32,000 bases of DNA from the NCBI GenBank assembly GCA_023898645.1, contig CP060232.1, positions 60,001 through 92,000 on the forward strand, read 5' to 3'. Made by a program: the position numbers and the translations under genes. Within the stretch, counting starts at the first letter, position 1. Every line of letters starts with the position of its first letter. Under the pieces are notes generated by a model. The model had not been told where the DNA came from. It made no database searches and saw nothing but the letters and a program-made list of their open reading frames with translations. This DNA comes from Candidatus Saccharimonadota bacterium. GTDB taxonomy: Bacteria > Patescibacteriota > Saccharimonadia > Saccharimonadales > Saccharimonadaceae. Positions 1 through 9,200 of this stretch are shown here, piece after piece.

Positions 1-51
1 CGAGGACAAGGATCAGGCTGTAGTACTTGGTGTTTTTCGACGGCATAATAT

Positions 52-1410
52 ATGTATCGCTATTATAACACCTTGAGCCAAGCGACATGGGGTATACTTA
101 ATTGTATGAAGCATAATCTCGTTGAGCGAGTGCTTGTCGGAACACTTTTGGTGGTTGCCGCGGGTATTGTGATACATGCGCCATTAACCGTATGGCTGGG
201 CACTGTATGGCCTCACCAAGTGCAATTTATAAAGGCCTGGAAAGAAGTGTTAATGGGCGTGGCGTTGGTGTTGTTGATTGTAGCGGCGACGCAACGTAAG
301 CAAATTTCGACGCTTCTTCAGGATCGACTGATGCAACTGGCGCTCGTGTATGCCGGGCTGCACTTTGTACTCGTAGCTGTGTATCAGAACGGTTTGACAC
401 AAGCTGGCGCAGGGTTGTTGATTGACTTACGATTTGTACTGTATTTCGTGCTGGTGTATGGTGCTCTTAAACTTTACCCGTGGTATCGCGAGCTGTTTGT
501 CAAAGTATTTGCCGGCGGGGCTGTTGTGGTGCTGTTGTTTTCGGTGTTGCAACAGTTTGTGTTGCCGCGTGACTTTTTGACGCATATTGGCTATAGCAAA
601 GACACGATCTCACCCTACTTATTGGTAGACGAGAATCCAACGTTTGTACGAATTAATAGCACGCTTCGGGGGCCAAACCCACTCGGTGCATATGCGGTAA
701 TTGTATTAAGTTTCCTAGCGGCGATTGCCATACGTGGCAGTCTGAAACGGCGCGATTGGGGCTTTTTGGGCATGGCTGCGCTAGCGGCAGGACTGACGCT
801 GGGAGCGAGTTATTCACGAAGTGCTTTGATAGGCGCCATTGTGGCGCTGTTAGCCGTCGTGGCTGTGTCTGTGAGCAAACGTATACGACAAAAATTTGGT
901 TGGTCGATTTTGGCGGCAACGCTCGTTGTAATCGGCGGGCTTTACGCGCTACGTGGCAGTGAATTTGTGACGAATGTAATATTGCACGACAACCCTACCA
1001 CTGGTGCGTCGGTTGACTCTAACGCGGGGCACCTTAGCTCGGTAGTCGATGGTCTGAAGCTAGTTGCAAGTGAACCGTTTGGCAACGGTGTAGGTAGTAC
1101 TGGTTCGGCGTCGCTTGGCGGTAGCGAGCCACTTATCATTGAAAATCAGTATTTGTTTGTAGCACATGAAGCCGGCTGGATCGGACTTGGTTTGTTTGCG
1201 TGGCTATATGTAGAAATAATGAAGCGATTGTACCAACGACGACGATCCATGTTGGCCCTTGGTGTGTTTGCTAGCGGCTTGGGGCTTGCGGTAGTTGGTT
1301 TGTTTTTGCCGGTATGGGTCGACGATACGGTGAGTATAGTGTGGTGGGGTTTGGCGGCTATTGCAGTGACTGGTCCAATAGGGGGGCATCGTGCGCGAAA
1401 GGGCAACTAA
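52..1410 (+). CDS. Wzy_C / O-antigen-ligase-family polytopic membrane protein
   Basis: 452-aa ORF with many hydrophobic helices. 'GASYSRSALIGAIVALLAV' and the loop 'GNGVGSTGSAS...ENQYLFVAHEAGWIGLGLF' resemble Wzy_C/O-antigen-ligase signature regions. The more likely start is ATG 106 (MKHNLVERVLVG...). Confidence 0.7.
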   Translation: MYRYYNTLSQATWGILNCMKHNLVERVLVGTLLVVAAGIVIHAPLTVWLGTVWPHQVQFIKAWKEVLMGVALVLLIVAATQRKQISTLLQDRLMQLALVYAGLHFVLVAVYQNGLTQAGAGLLIDLRFVLYFVLVYGALKLYPWYRELFVKVFAGGAVVVLLFSVLQQFVLPRDFLTHIGYSKDTISPYLLVDENPTFVRINSTLRGPNPLGAYAVIVLSFLAAIAIRGSLKRRDWGFLGMAALAAGLTLGASYSRSALIGAIVALLAVVAVSVSKRIRQKFGWSILAATLVVIGGLYALRGSEFVTNVILHDNPTTGASVDSNAGHLSSVVDGLKLVASEPFGNGVGSTGSASLGGSEPLIIENQYLFVAHEAGWIGLGLFAWLYVEIMKRLYQRRRSMLALGVFASGLGLAVVGLFLPVWVDDTVSIVWWGLAAIAVTGPIGGHRARKGN

Positions 1411-1735
1411 AAAACAGCAAGAATTGTTGCAGTTTATCGGTGACTTCATAGCCGAGCACAACTATGCACCAAGCTACCGCGAAGTTATGACGTCGTTGGG
1501 GTATAAGTCTGTGTCTACTGTAGCCGTGCACGTAGACGGATTAATTACAAAGGGTTTCTTGGTGAAAAAAGACAAGTCTGCCCGTTCCATACGACTGGCT
1601 TCAGAGGGACCTGAGACGGAAGAAAATACGCATTTAGCGTGGTTGCGTACGGAAATCATGAAGCGTGAAACTGCAGGTGCTGCCGACGAAGAGCTGGGCG
1701 TGCTTCGCCAAGCATTAGAGTTTTTGGACGTCTGA
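1391..1735 (+). CDS. LexA-type winged-helix DNA-binding protein (N-terminal domain only, no S24 peptidase domain)
   Basis: GTG start overlapping the upstream gene by 20 nt. 'TKKQQELLQFIGDFIAEHNYAPSYREVMTSLGYKSVSTVAVHVDGLITKGFL' matches the LexA_DNA_bind pattern. The protein ends after a ~45-aa helical tail, with no Ser/Lys peptidase module. Confidence 0.7.
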   Translation: MRERATKKQQELLQFIGDFIAEHNYAPSYREVMTSLGYKSVSTVAVHVDGLITKGFLVKKDKSARSIRLASEGPETEENTHLAWLRTEIMKRETAGAADEELGVLRQALEFLDV

Positions 1736-1742
1736 TACTATA

Positions 1743-3476
1743 ATGTCCTCTATGAGGCCATTGCGCCTAAAACGGCACGGAGAGTATTTACGTCAACATT
1801 GGCGAAGGTTAATCGTATCTGGTTTTAGTACGATTACATTGCTATTAATTGTTGCGCAGATGGCGTACCCCGAGGACAATTTATCACTTTATGCGATGGT
1901 TGACGGGGTTGATGTGGGTGGATTGTCTAAGAGTGCAGCGAGTAATTTACTCGACAATAAATACAAGCAGCTGCCCATTAATTTATATTTCGGGAAAAAT
2001 GCTGACGCTTATAGGCAGCCGAAGCCGGGTGATATAGGTCTAACAATTAGCAGTCAGCCAGAAGTCGAGGCTAAGATGTATCCGTTTTGGTTGCGGCTTG
2101 TTCCAACTTCGTTATGGTGGGCGCACTTTGTTGCGCAGTCTGCGCCACCACACTATACGCGCGACAACACCAAGGCTGAGTCGTATGTTAAAAAAGAGCT
2201 AGGAAAGTTTTGTAACGTTACGCCACAGAACGCGTCGCTGACGTACAAGGACGATAAATTACGAATAGTACCGGCAGTAGATGGCGGCACATGTAAACTT
2301 ACGGACGTCACGAAGTCGCTTCAGAGTGTAAAACCGCTACTTAAAAAATCAGATGTACGATTTGCTATGCAGCAGAGTCCAGCCAAGATCCATAATGACG
2401 TGGCGAGTGACTTTGCTAAGAAGCTGATGGACAAAACGAAGAGTGTTTCTATGCAAGCTGCAGGTACATCGGTAGCGATTCCGCAGCCGACTTTTTTGTC
2501 GTGGCTTGATTTCAAGGCGCCGGACAGCGGTATAGTAGCGACGATTAGTGCTGAACGAGCAAGTGATTACTTGGCGAAAAACGTGGCGCCAAAAGTGACA
2601 GTCGCGGCCGGTACGACCCATGTGACGACGGTGGACTTTACGGAAACGGGTCGCTCACAAGGCCAGTCGGGCCAGGTGTTTGATAGCCAGGCGACGATTG
2701 ATTTGTTAAATCAATGGCTAGGAGGATCGAGCGTTGAGCTCGTGGCAAAGGTTAAAGTAGCGGCACCTGTTTTGTCGTATTCACGTAGCTATACAGCTAC
2801 AGATACCGGTCTTTCGGCACTGATAACTCATTTTGCTGAGTCGCATAGTGGCGTATACGGTGTGAGCTATGCAGAGCTGAGCGGTCAGCACCGTCATGCG
2901 GGCTACAACGACAGTAGGATATTTGAAACAGCCAGCACGTATAAGCTATTTGTGGCGTACGGTACGCTTAAAAAAATTGAATCTGGCGAGTGGCATTGGT
3001 CTGATCAGATACAGGGCGGGCGCGATCTGACGAAATGCTTTGACGACATGATTGTATTGTCAGACAACGACTGCGCCAAGACGTTGCTCGTTAAAATAGG
3101 CTACGCTCAGCTGACGCATGAACTCCAGGTGATTGGTTTGTCGCATAGCTCATTTTTGAACAGCTACATTCAAACGACACCGGGCGATTTGGTAACGTAT
3201 CTTGGTATGCTTGCGTCGGGCCAGCTATTGAACCAGTCGAGTACTAATACACTTATTTCGGCAATGAAGCGCAATGTTTATCGCCAAGGAATACCGTCTG
3301 GCACTAGCGCTACCGTGGCAGACAAGGTTGGGTTTTTGTACGCGCTTTTGCATGATGCGGCCATTGTATACAGCCCCAAGGGAACATATGCGCTTGTTAT
3401 CATGACCGACGGCAGTAATTGGGGTACGATTGCCGACTTGACTCGTCAAATTGAAAAGTGGCGAGAAGACAACTAG
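1743..3476 (+). CDS. Membrane-anchored serine hydrolase, class-A beta-lactamase fold, with N-terminal PG_binding_4/VanW-like region
   Basis: N-terminal TM helix (LIVSGFSTITLLLIV). 'VDGVDVGGLSKSAASNLL' resembles the putative peptidoglycan-binding domain of YoaR/VanW proteins. The C-terminal ~230 aa carry SxxK (ASTYK, nt 2931-2945), SDN (LSDNDCA) and a KTG-like KVG motif. Confidence 0.75.
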   Translation: MSSMRPLRLKRHGEYLRQHWRRLIVSGFSTITLLLIVAQMAYPEDNLSLYAMVDGVDVGGLSKSAASNLLDNKYKQLPINLYFGKNADAYRQPKPGDIGLTISSQPEVEAKMYPFWLRLVPTSLWWAHFVAQSAPPHYTRDNTKAESYVKKELGKFCNVTPQNASLTYKDDKLRIVPAVDGGTCKLTDVTKSLQSVKPLLKKSDVRFAMQQSPAKIHNDVASDFAKKLMDKTKSVSMQAAGTSVAIPQPTFLSWLDFKAPDSGIVATISAERASDYLAKNVAPKVTVAAGTTHVTTVDFTETGRSQGQSGQVFDSQATIDLLNQWLGGSSVELVAKVKVAAPVLSYSRSYTATDTGLSALITHFAESHSGVYGVSYAELSGQHRHAGYNDSRIFETASTYKLFVAYGTLKKIESGEWHWSDQIQGGRDLTKCFDDMIVLSDNDCAKTLLVKIGYAQLTHELQVIGLSHSSFLNSYIQTTPGDLVTYLGMLASGQLLNQSSTNTLISAMKRNVYRQGIPSGTSATVADKVGFLYALLHDAAIVYSPKGTYALVIMTDGSNWGTIADLTRQIEKWREDN

Positions 3477-3518
3477 GGTTGTCTAAAAGCACAAGCATAA
3501 TCTATACTTGAAACTGAT

Positions 3519-5303
3519 ATGAACTCACTTGAATTGAACTATTGGTTTAAGCAGCACTGGAAGCTGGTGTTAGTAATTATTTTTTCAGTTTTATTACTGG
3601 GAGAGACGATATTTCAGATTGTTTATCCGGGGAGCCGATTAATCCCGGGGACGCGTTTGGATGGAGTTGACATAGGTGGTCTACGAAAAACAGACGCTGC
3701 CAGTAAACTCGACGCTGATTATGCTGATTTGAAACTTGATATTTATTTTGGCAAGAACCAGGCGGCATTCCAGTCGCCAAAAATGAAGGACGTTGGCATA
3801 GGTGTGGACAACGGCGCGCGTGTTGACGCCATGGACTATCCGTTTTACTTACGATTTATACCGGGATCGATATTTTGGGCTCCTGGGCTAGAGAAGCCGG
3901 GCGACATTGCATATACCTATGACAAGAACAAAATAGCCGACTATACGACCAGTAAGGTTGGTTCCGACTGTAGTATTCCACCTCAAAACGCAACTTTGAA
4001 GCTGATAGATAGCCAGTTGCAAGTCGTCGCCTCGATTACCGGAGGTAACTGTGACATCACGTTGTTTCAGCAGGCTTTAGCAAAGATTCAACCGAGTTCG
4101 AATGAGGTAAATAGCGTACGAATTTCTATAAACGAGACACCAGCACCTGTCACGGACGACATGGCGCGCAACCTTGCTGCTACGCTCAATGCGCGGCTAG
4201 CAAACCCTATGCCGATTCAGGTTGATACGTCGACTGACACGATTCCGGGCCGTGTAGTAATGAGTTGGCTCGACTTTACGGCGAACGTGCCAAAACAATC
4301 AATCGATAATAGCGCAAATCAACAGGCAAGTCTGGATTTCAGTGTTAATCAGCAACGCATGGAAGATTACTTAAAGCAGGGAATTGCTTCAAAGTTGGTA
4401 GTTCAGCCTGGGGTCAGTAAAGTTAGTACAAGTGACTTTAAAGAAACTTCCCGAGTAAACGGCGCTAATGGGCGAGAGCTCGATATGCCAAAGGCTGTGC
4501 AGTCGGTCATGGATTATATAAATGGCAAGAATCAAAAAGCGATTGGTGCAACCAGCGTCGTGGGACCAACTACCGTCTACAAACGCAGCTATTCGCCGAC
4601 AAATGAAGGCTTCTCGGCACTGTTGGCACAATATGCACAGGACAATCCTGGAACTTGGGGATTGGCTTTTACGGAATTGAGTGGCGTGCGTCATCCGCGA
4701 AGTGCTTCATTTAACGGCGATGTAAAGATGAAATCTGCAGGTGTCCATGCGCTTTACTTGGCGTATACATACCTTATGCAGAAAGCAGCCGGCATAGCGC
4801 GGCCGGTTGATGTCATAAGTGGTGATACGAGTGCTCAGGAATGTTTCAAACTGATGTTGCAGCAGTTCGACGTGGCTTGTACGCGAGGTTTTTACAATAA
4901 GTTTGGCTATGCCACAATCAACTCACGAGCAAAAGAAATCCCACTGACAAATACTGTTTTTGCTGGTGACGATACGATGACATCTGCTAATGATTTGCAG
5001 AAACTTATGGTTGGTCTCTTTAAGAACACGATTGCTCGTACGCAGGACGGTCAGAGCATACTAAGTACATCGGGCATCAACCGCAAGAGCGATGGTATAC
5101 CTGCCGGCTCGGGCGGTATCAGCGTTGCTCATGTCGTAGGTGAGTCTGACACTGTACACAACGACACGGCAGTTGTGTATGACAGCAACTACGGTAGTTA
5201 TGCACTTACGGTGCTTTCGGATGGATCGTCATGGGACAAGGTTGCTGAACTGGCGCAAAAAATCCACGACCTCAAGATGGTGAAGATTCCACTGCAGAAC
5301 TAA
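3519..5303 (+). CDS. Paralog of the preceding gene with a degenerate beta-lactamase-fold domain (probable pseudoenzyme)
   Basis: Same architecture, colinear with 1743-3476 (YPG..LDGVDIGGLRKTDAASKL, YPFYLRFIPGSIFW). The catalytic motifs are replaced: STYK->GVHA (nt 4740-4751), SDN->GDT, KVG->VVG. Confidence 0.7.
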   Translation: MNSLELNYWFKQHWKLVLVIIFSVLLLGETIFQIVYPGSRLIPGTRLDGVDIGGLRKTDAASKLDADYADLKLDIYFGKNQAAFQSPKMKDVGIGVDNGARVDAMDYPFYLRFIPGSIFWAPGLEKPGDIAYTYDKNKIADYTTSKVGSDCSIPPQNATLKLIDSQLQVVASITGGNCDITLFQQALAKIQPSSNEVNSVRISINETPAPVTDDMARNLAATLNARLANPMPIQVDTSTDTIPGRVVMSWLDFTANVPKQSIDNSANQQASLDFSVNQQRMEDYLKQGIASKLVVQPGVSKVSTSDFKETSRVNGANGRELDMPKAVQSVMDYINGKNQKAIGATSVVGPTTVYKRSYSPTNEGFSALLAQYAQDNPGTWGLAFTELSGVRHPRSASFNGDVKMKSAGVHALYLAYTYLMQKAAGIARPVDVISGDTSAQECFKLMLQQFDVACTRGFYNKFGYATINSRAKEIPLTNTVFAGDDTMTSANDLQKLMVGLFKNTIARTQDGQSILSTSGINRKSDGIPAGSGGISVAHVVGESDTVHNDTAVVYDSNYGSYALTVLSDGSSWDKVAELAQKIHDLKMVKIPLQN

Positions 5304-5392
5304 CGCACTGTAGTATTGCACAAAACACAACATATTTTTGCTTGACATTATACTCATGTTTACCCCAATATGGAGGAACATAGGAGGTAGCC

Positions 5393-6664
5393 ATGGAAAA
5401 AGCGAATAGGCACGAGAAGCGCAAGGAAGTTGAAGGCGTAGATGTTGAAAGCGAGATGGCTACGAAGGCCCTTTCGTTAATGAATTTTGATGTAGTTTCA
5501 CGCGGTGATTTAAGGCCGCACAAACACATCGAAGAGGGTATGAATCATGCAATCATTGGTCAGGAAGATGCAGTCAACGAAATAATTCGGGCAATAAATC
5601 GCGAAAAACTTCGTGACCCAACCCTACCGGTAACGACCGTTGCATTGCTTGGTCCAACGGGCACAGGCAAGACGGAGTTCGCCAAGGAGTTGGCTCGTCA
5701 GCTTCATCCTCAAGGTGGCGGCTATCTAGAGATCAATAGTGAGTCGTATAAGTACGGGCATAATATTTCTAGCTTGATTGGTTCGCCTCCAGGCTATGTG
5801 GGTTCTGAAATAGTACCTGCGTTATCAACCAAGGAATTAAAGAAACCGTTGAATGTTGTGTTGTTTGACGAAATTGAAAAAGGGTCCTTGGAATATTGGG
5901 ACATTGTAATGCAGGCGATAGGTTCGGGCAAAGTGCCGCTAGCGAGGGGCGGGCATGCTGATTTTACGAACTCCATCATCATTCTCACCAGTAATCTTGG
6001 TGCTTCCGAAATGGCAAAGAAATTACGAGTGCAAAAGTTTGGGCTCCAGTCTGGTGACTCGGCAGAGCCAAACAAAAAAGAAATTGAAAACGAGGCTATT
6101 AAGGAATTGAAAAAATATTTTCGGCCTGAGTTTATCAACCGCATAGACCGTAGTATTGTGTTTAATTTTCATTCTGATGAAAACCTGGCTCGTATACTTG
6201 AACGCCATATCGAAAAGAAGAACAAGACATACATGGAGCAGGCGGGTGTATCGCTCGTGTTAACACCGGAAGTGCTCGATGCGCTGGTTGCAAGCGCCGA
6301 AGATCGTCGAGAAAACAATGCTCGCGCGGTAATACGTAAGTATAAAGAAGTGATTGAGAGTGAGTTGGCGGAGTTCGTTAACACGGGTGGTGTAAATAGC
6401 GGAGAGTGTGTTTATGCTACGCTTTCGCCCGACACGCCTGAGACTGCTTCGCTTGCGGAACGAGTAGACTGGAGAAAGAACGAGATGCCACATGTCACAA
6501 AGCATATAAAAAAATTGCAGGCAAAGGCTGAAAAGGCGAAGGAAACTGCCAACCTCCCGGCAGTGATAAATAGTAATCGTGCTATTAGTTTGGCGGCAGC
6601 GGCTGGTATTGCGGCGTTGTTTGTTGGTGACTATCTAAGTTCTCGACGTACCAGGCGCGCATAG
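5393..6664 (+). CDS. AAA+ ATPase, ClpA/ClpB D2-type module, with C-terminal transmembrane tail anchor
   Basis: AGGAGG SD lies 5 nt upstream of the ATG. Motifs present: 'IIGQEDAV', Walker A GPTGTGKT, 'IGSPPGYVG', Walker B VVLFDEIEK, sensor-1 'LTSNLG', 'FRPEFINRID', and a ClpB_D2-small-like region with 'NARAVIR'. The last 30 aa are hydrophobic (AISLAAAAGIAALFVGDYL) followed by RRTRRA. Confidence 0.8.
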   Translation: MEKANRHEKRKEVEGVDVESEMATKALSLMNFDVVSRGDLRPHKHIEEGMNHAIIGQEDAVNEIIRAINREKLRDPTLPVTTVALLGPTGTGKTEFAKELARQLHPQGGGYLEINSESYKYGHNISSLIGSPPGYVGSEIVPALSTKELKKPLNVVLFDEIEKGSLEYWDIVMQAIGSGKVPLARGGHADFTNSIIILTSNLGASEMAKKLRVQKFGLQSGDSAEPNKKEIENEAIKELKKYFRPEFINRIDRSIVFNFHSDENLARILERHIEKKNKTYMEQAGVSLVLTPEVLDALVASAEDRRENNARAVIRKYKEVIESELAEFVNTGGVNSGECVYATLSPDTPETASLAERVDWRKNEMPHVTKHIKKLQAKAEKAKETANLPAVINSNRAISLAAAAGIAALFVGDYLSSRRTRRA

Positions 6665-6741
6665 TATAAGCGTCTGCAAGCTTTCTCACCGACGATTCAT
6701 AAACTATCCTCGATAATATATGTAAAAGAGAGGAGGTAGTA

Positions 6742-7176
6742 GTGAAACGTATTGTTACCGCCAAAGATCTTGGACTTACGATAGAACGCAAAGAACACAC
6801 ACTTTTTAAATGGTTTTTAGCTTCGTATTTGTTCGGAAAACGCATACAACAAGGTGTAGCTTGGAAAACCTGGCAAGTGTTTATGGAAAAGGGCATTGAT
6901 ACGCCGCAGAAAATCGCTGCTCAGTCATGGCAGCAACTGGTAGGGTTGCTCGGTGAAGGCCACTATCGACGCTATGACGAGTCGACAGCGCATAACTTGC
7001 TAGACATGTCGCGTGCGCTTTTGCGTGATTATCATGGCAACTTGCTGAATATGTACGATGGGTGTTCGGATGAAAAGGAATTTGTGAAACGTTTACAAAA
7101 ATTCAAAGGCGTCGGACCCAAGACGGCAGAGATATTTATGCGTGAGGCCAGACCGGTGTTGTTGCGAACAGTGTAG
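6742..7176 (+). CDS. Helix-hairpin-helix protein, HhH-GPD-superfamily-like, apparently short at the C-terminus
   Basis: AGGAGG (6731-6736) followed by GTG 6742. Contains the HhH motif 'FKGVGPKTAEIFMRE'. The ORF stops ~15 aa after the hairpin, before the position where a catalytic Asp loop would be expected. Confidence 0.5.
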   Translation: MKRIVTAKDLGLTIERKEHTLFKWFLASYLFGKRIQQGVAWKTWQVFMEKGIDTPQKIAAQSWQQLVGLLGEGHYRRYDESTAHNLLDMSRALLRDYHGNLLNMYDGCSDEKEFVKRLQKFKGVGPKTAEIFMREARPVLLRTV

Positions 7177-7185
7177 GTGAGTTGT

Positions 7186-8433
7186 TTATTCTCGGCGTAG
7201 AGCGTCGATGGGGTTGATTCTGTGAGCACGACGTGCCGGTAGTATGGCGACGACTAGTCCAACGAGCCCCATGAAACCTATGAGCGACAAGATAAGCCAC
7301 GGAGGTGTTGCGAACAGCTGGAAGGCTGTCTCGACGCCACGTTGGCGAGCGAAAGTCACTAAAACAGTATTTACAATCTGACCAATGATTACGGCCAAGC
7401 CGATGCCCGTTGCGGCTCCCATGACGGATAGTAGCAACGCCTCGATGATAAACAGCCTACTCATATCGCGGTTTCGCCCACCCATGGCCATCATAAGACC
7501 GATTTCCTTGGTTCGTTCGAGTAGGGATATGGTGAGGGTGTTAAACATACCGAGTACGGCGACGACCATACTGACCGAGCCGAATCCGACGAGCACGAGG
7601 TTAAAGAGCGAGAAGATTTGATTGACTTGGTCGATTGTATCGCTGGGTGATGTGGTTTGAAAGCCCATACTTTCGACTTGTTTTCGTAAATTGGGTATAT
7701 TGTTTGTGTTGTCGACAAGTAGTTGTACTTCTGAATAGGCTGGTACACCGGCAAGATCAAAGTGGAAACTTGGTATGTACACCTCGCTTCCTGCTCCGGT
7801 AGACACGAGTCCTACAACCGTGTAATTATTTTCGAAACTATCTTTTTTAGCACCTGCATCTTGGAGCGGTACGGTGAGATTAATTTTCTTGCCAACGGCG
7901 TCTTTGGGATTTTTGAAGCCGATGGCTTTTGCCGCTGAATCGTTTATGAGGACCGATTTGTTGTCTTGCTGAGTCAGTAATCTACCATCAATAATTTTTA
8001 GCGCGACCATGTCTTGGTAATGCATATCGACACCATAGGCGACGGTATCGACGGCGCTTCCTTTTTGGCTAAGGCTTCCTGGGAAGGAGTACACTAGCCC
8101 TGATTCCTGGACATGGGGGAGTGATGTCATTTTTTTGACAATGTCTTTGTCTAGCTTGACGATGCGGGAGTTTGTAGTAGACACGACGACAGTCTTGATG
8201 GTTTGGTTGCCGATGATTTGTTTTGTCACGAGGTCTTGGATACCTAGGCCAAATGAAAGCAGGAAGAATATTGAACCAATACCGATGATAACACCGGTGA
8301 CGGTGAGTGCGGAGCGTAACTTTTTGTTGATGATGTTGCTCCATGCCATGTGAAACAAGATGCTCCAACGGATACCGGAACGGCCTTTGATGTCGTGGGA
8401 GTTTGATGGTGTTTTGCGACTTTTATTTACCAT
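7186..8433 (-). CDS. ABC transporter permease, MacB/FtsX type (TM1, ~230-aa extracytoplasmic domain, then 3 TM FtsX domain)
   Basis: Start trimmed to ATG 8433 (MVNKSRK...), with GGAGG 8 nt upstream. It overlaps the ATPase stop by 11 nt. The topology and the C-terminal 'INPIDALRRE' are typical of the MacB_PCD + FtsX family. Confidence 0.85.
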   Translation of the reverse strand: MVNKSRKTPSNSHDIKGRSGIRWSILFHMAWSNIINKKLRSALTVTGVIIGIGSIFFLLSFGLGIQDLVTKQIIGNQTIKTVVVSTTNSRIVKLDKDIVKKMTSLPHVQESGLVYSFPGSLSQKGSAVDTVAYGVDMHYQDMVALKIIDGRLLTQQDNKSVLINDSAAKAIGFKNPKDAVGKKINLTVPLQDAGAKKDSFENNYTVVGLVSTGAGSEVYIPSFHFDLAGVPAYSEVQLLVDNTNNIPNLRKQVESMGFQTTSPSDTIDQVNQIFSLFNLVLVGFGSVSMVVAVLGMFNTLTISLLERTKEIGLMMAMGGRNRDMSRLFIIEALLLSVMGAATGIGLAVIIGQIVNTVLVTFARQRGVETAFQLFATPPWLILSLIGFMGLVGLVVAILPARRAHRINPIDALRRE

Positions 8434-9199
8434 GTTTTGCCTCCGAAAGACGATGAATACGGTCGCGCATTTCTCGTAGTAATTTGTCGGCGGTTGCCTG
8501 GATGCTGCTCGAAGGCATTTCAACGACATGACCGTCTTCGATGTGAAGCAGGCTGTCGGCTAATGGTAAATATTCCATATTGTGCGTGACCAAGACAACA
8601 GTCTGGCCGAAATCAGTCTCGCATTGCTCGAGCAAGCTCATGATAAAGTCGCCTGTTTTGCTGTCGAGCGCGCCCGTCGGTTCGTCGGCAATGATAAAGG
8701 AAGGATTGCTAGAAAGGGCGCGAGCAATGGCGATGCGCTGTTGCTCACCACCGGACATCAGCTGCGGGTTCTTTTTGGCGTAATCGTCCATATTGACGCG
8801 TTTGAGTGCCTCGTGGGCTCTTTTAAACGCTTCGGCTCTGGTAAAGCCAAGGAAGTATAGGGGCACTGCGACGTTTTCGAGGGCGGTGAGACTTTTTATC
8901 CAGTAGTTCGACTGGTAGACGAAGCCGATATCGTTGGCGCGAAACTTTGCTAAATCGTCCGGCTTTAGTTCGTACATGTTGTTGCCGGCAAACATGACAC
9001 TTCCCTTTGACGGGTGCTGTAGGCCGGTCAGGACGTTTAGCAGAGTTGATTTACCACTACCAGAGGGTCCGTAGATGATGTTGAAGCTTTTTTCGCTGAG
9101 CGTAAAGCTGACGTCTTTTAACGGTGATATTATATCTTCGCCGATTTTGAATTCGACAGAGATGTTTTTGGCAATGATGAGGTCTTTGTTGGCTGGCAT
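8423..9199 (-). CDS. ABC transporter ATP-binding protein (MacB/LolD/FtsE-like)
   Basis: Walker A GPSGSGKST, signature LSGGEQQRIAIARAL, Walker B IIADEPTGALD, H-loop VTHN. ATG 9199 lies 1 nt after the giant gene's TAA (9201-9203). Confidence 0.9.
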   Translation of the reverse strand: MPANKDLIIAKNISVEFKIGEDIISPLKDVSFTLSEKSFNIIYGPSGSGKSTLLNVLTGLQHPSKGSVMFAGNNMYELKPDDLAKFRANDIGFVYQSNYWIKSLTALENVAVPLYFLGFTRAEAFKRAHEALKRVNMDDYAKKNPQLMSGGEQQRIAIARALSSNPSFIIADEPTGALDSKTGDFIMSLLEQCETDFGQTVVLVTHNMEYLPLADSLLHIEDGHVVEMPSSSIQATADKLLREMRDRIHRLSEAKHGK

Positions 9200-9200
9200 T

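Noticed and set aside
1-76. 3' end of an upstream gene running into the window
   Set aside because: Two frames stay open for 15-25 codons. That is too short to assign a frame or a product.
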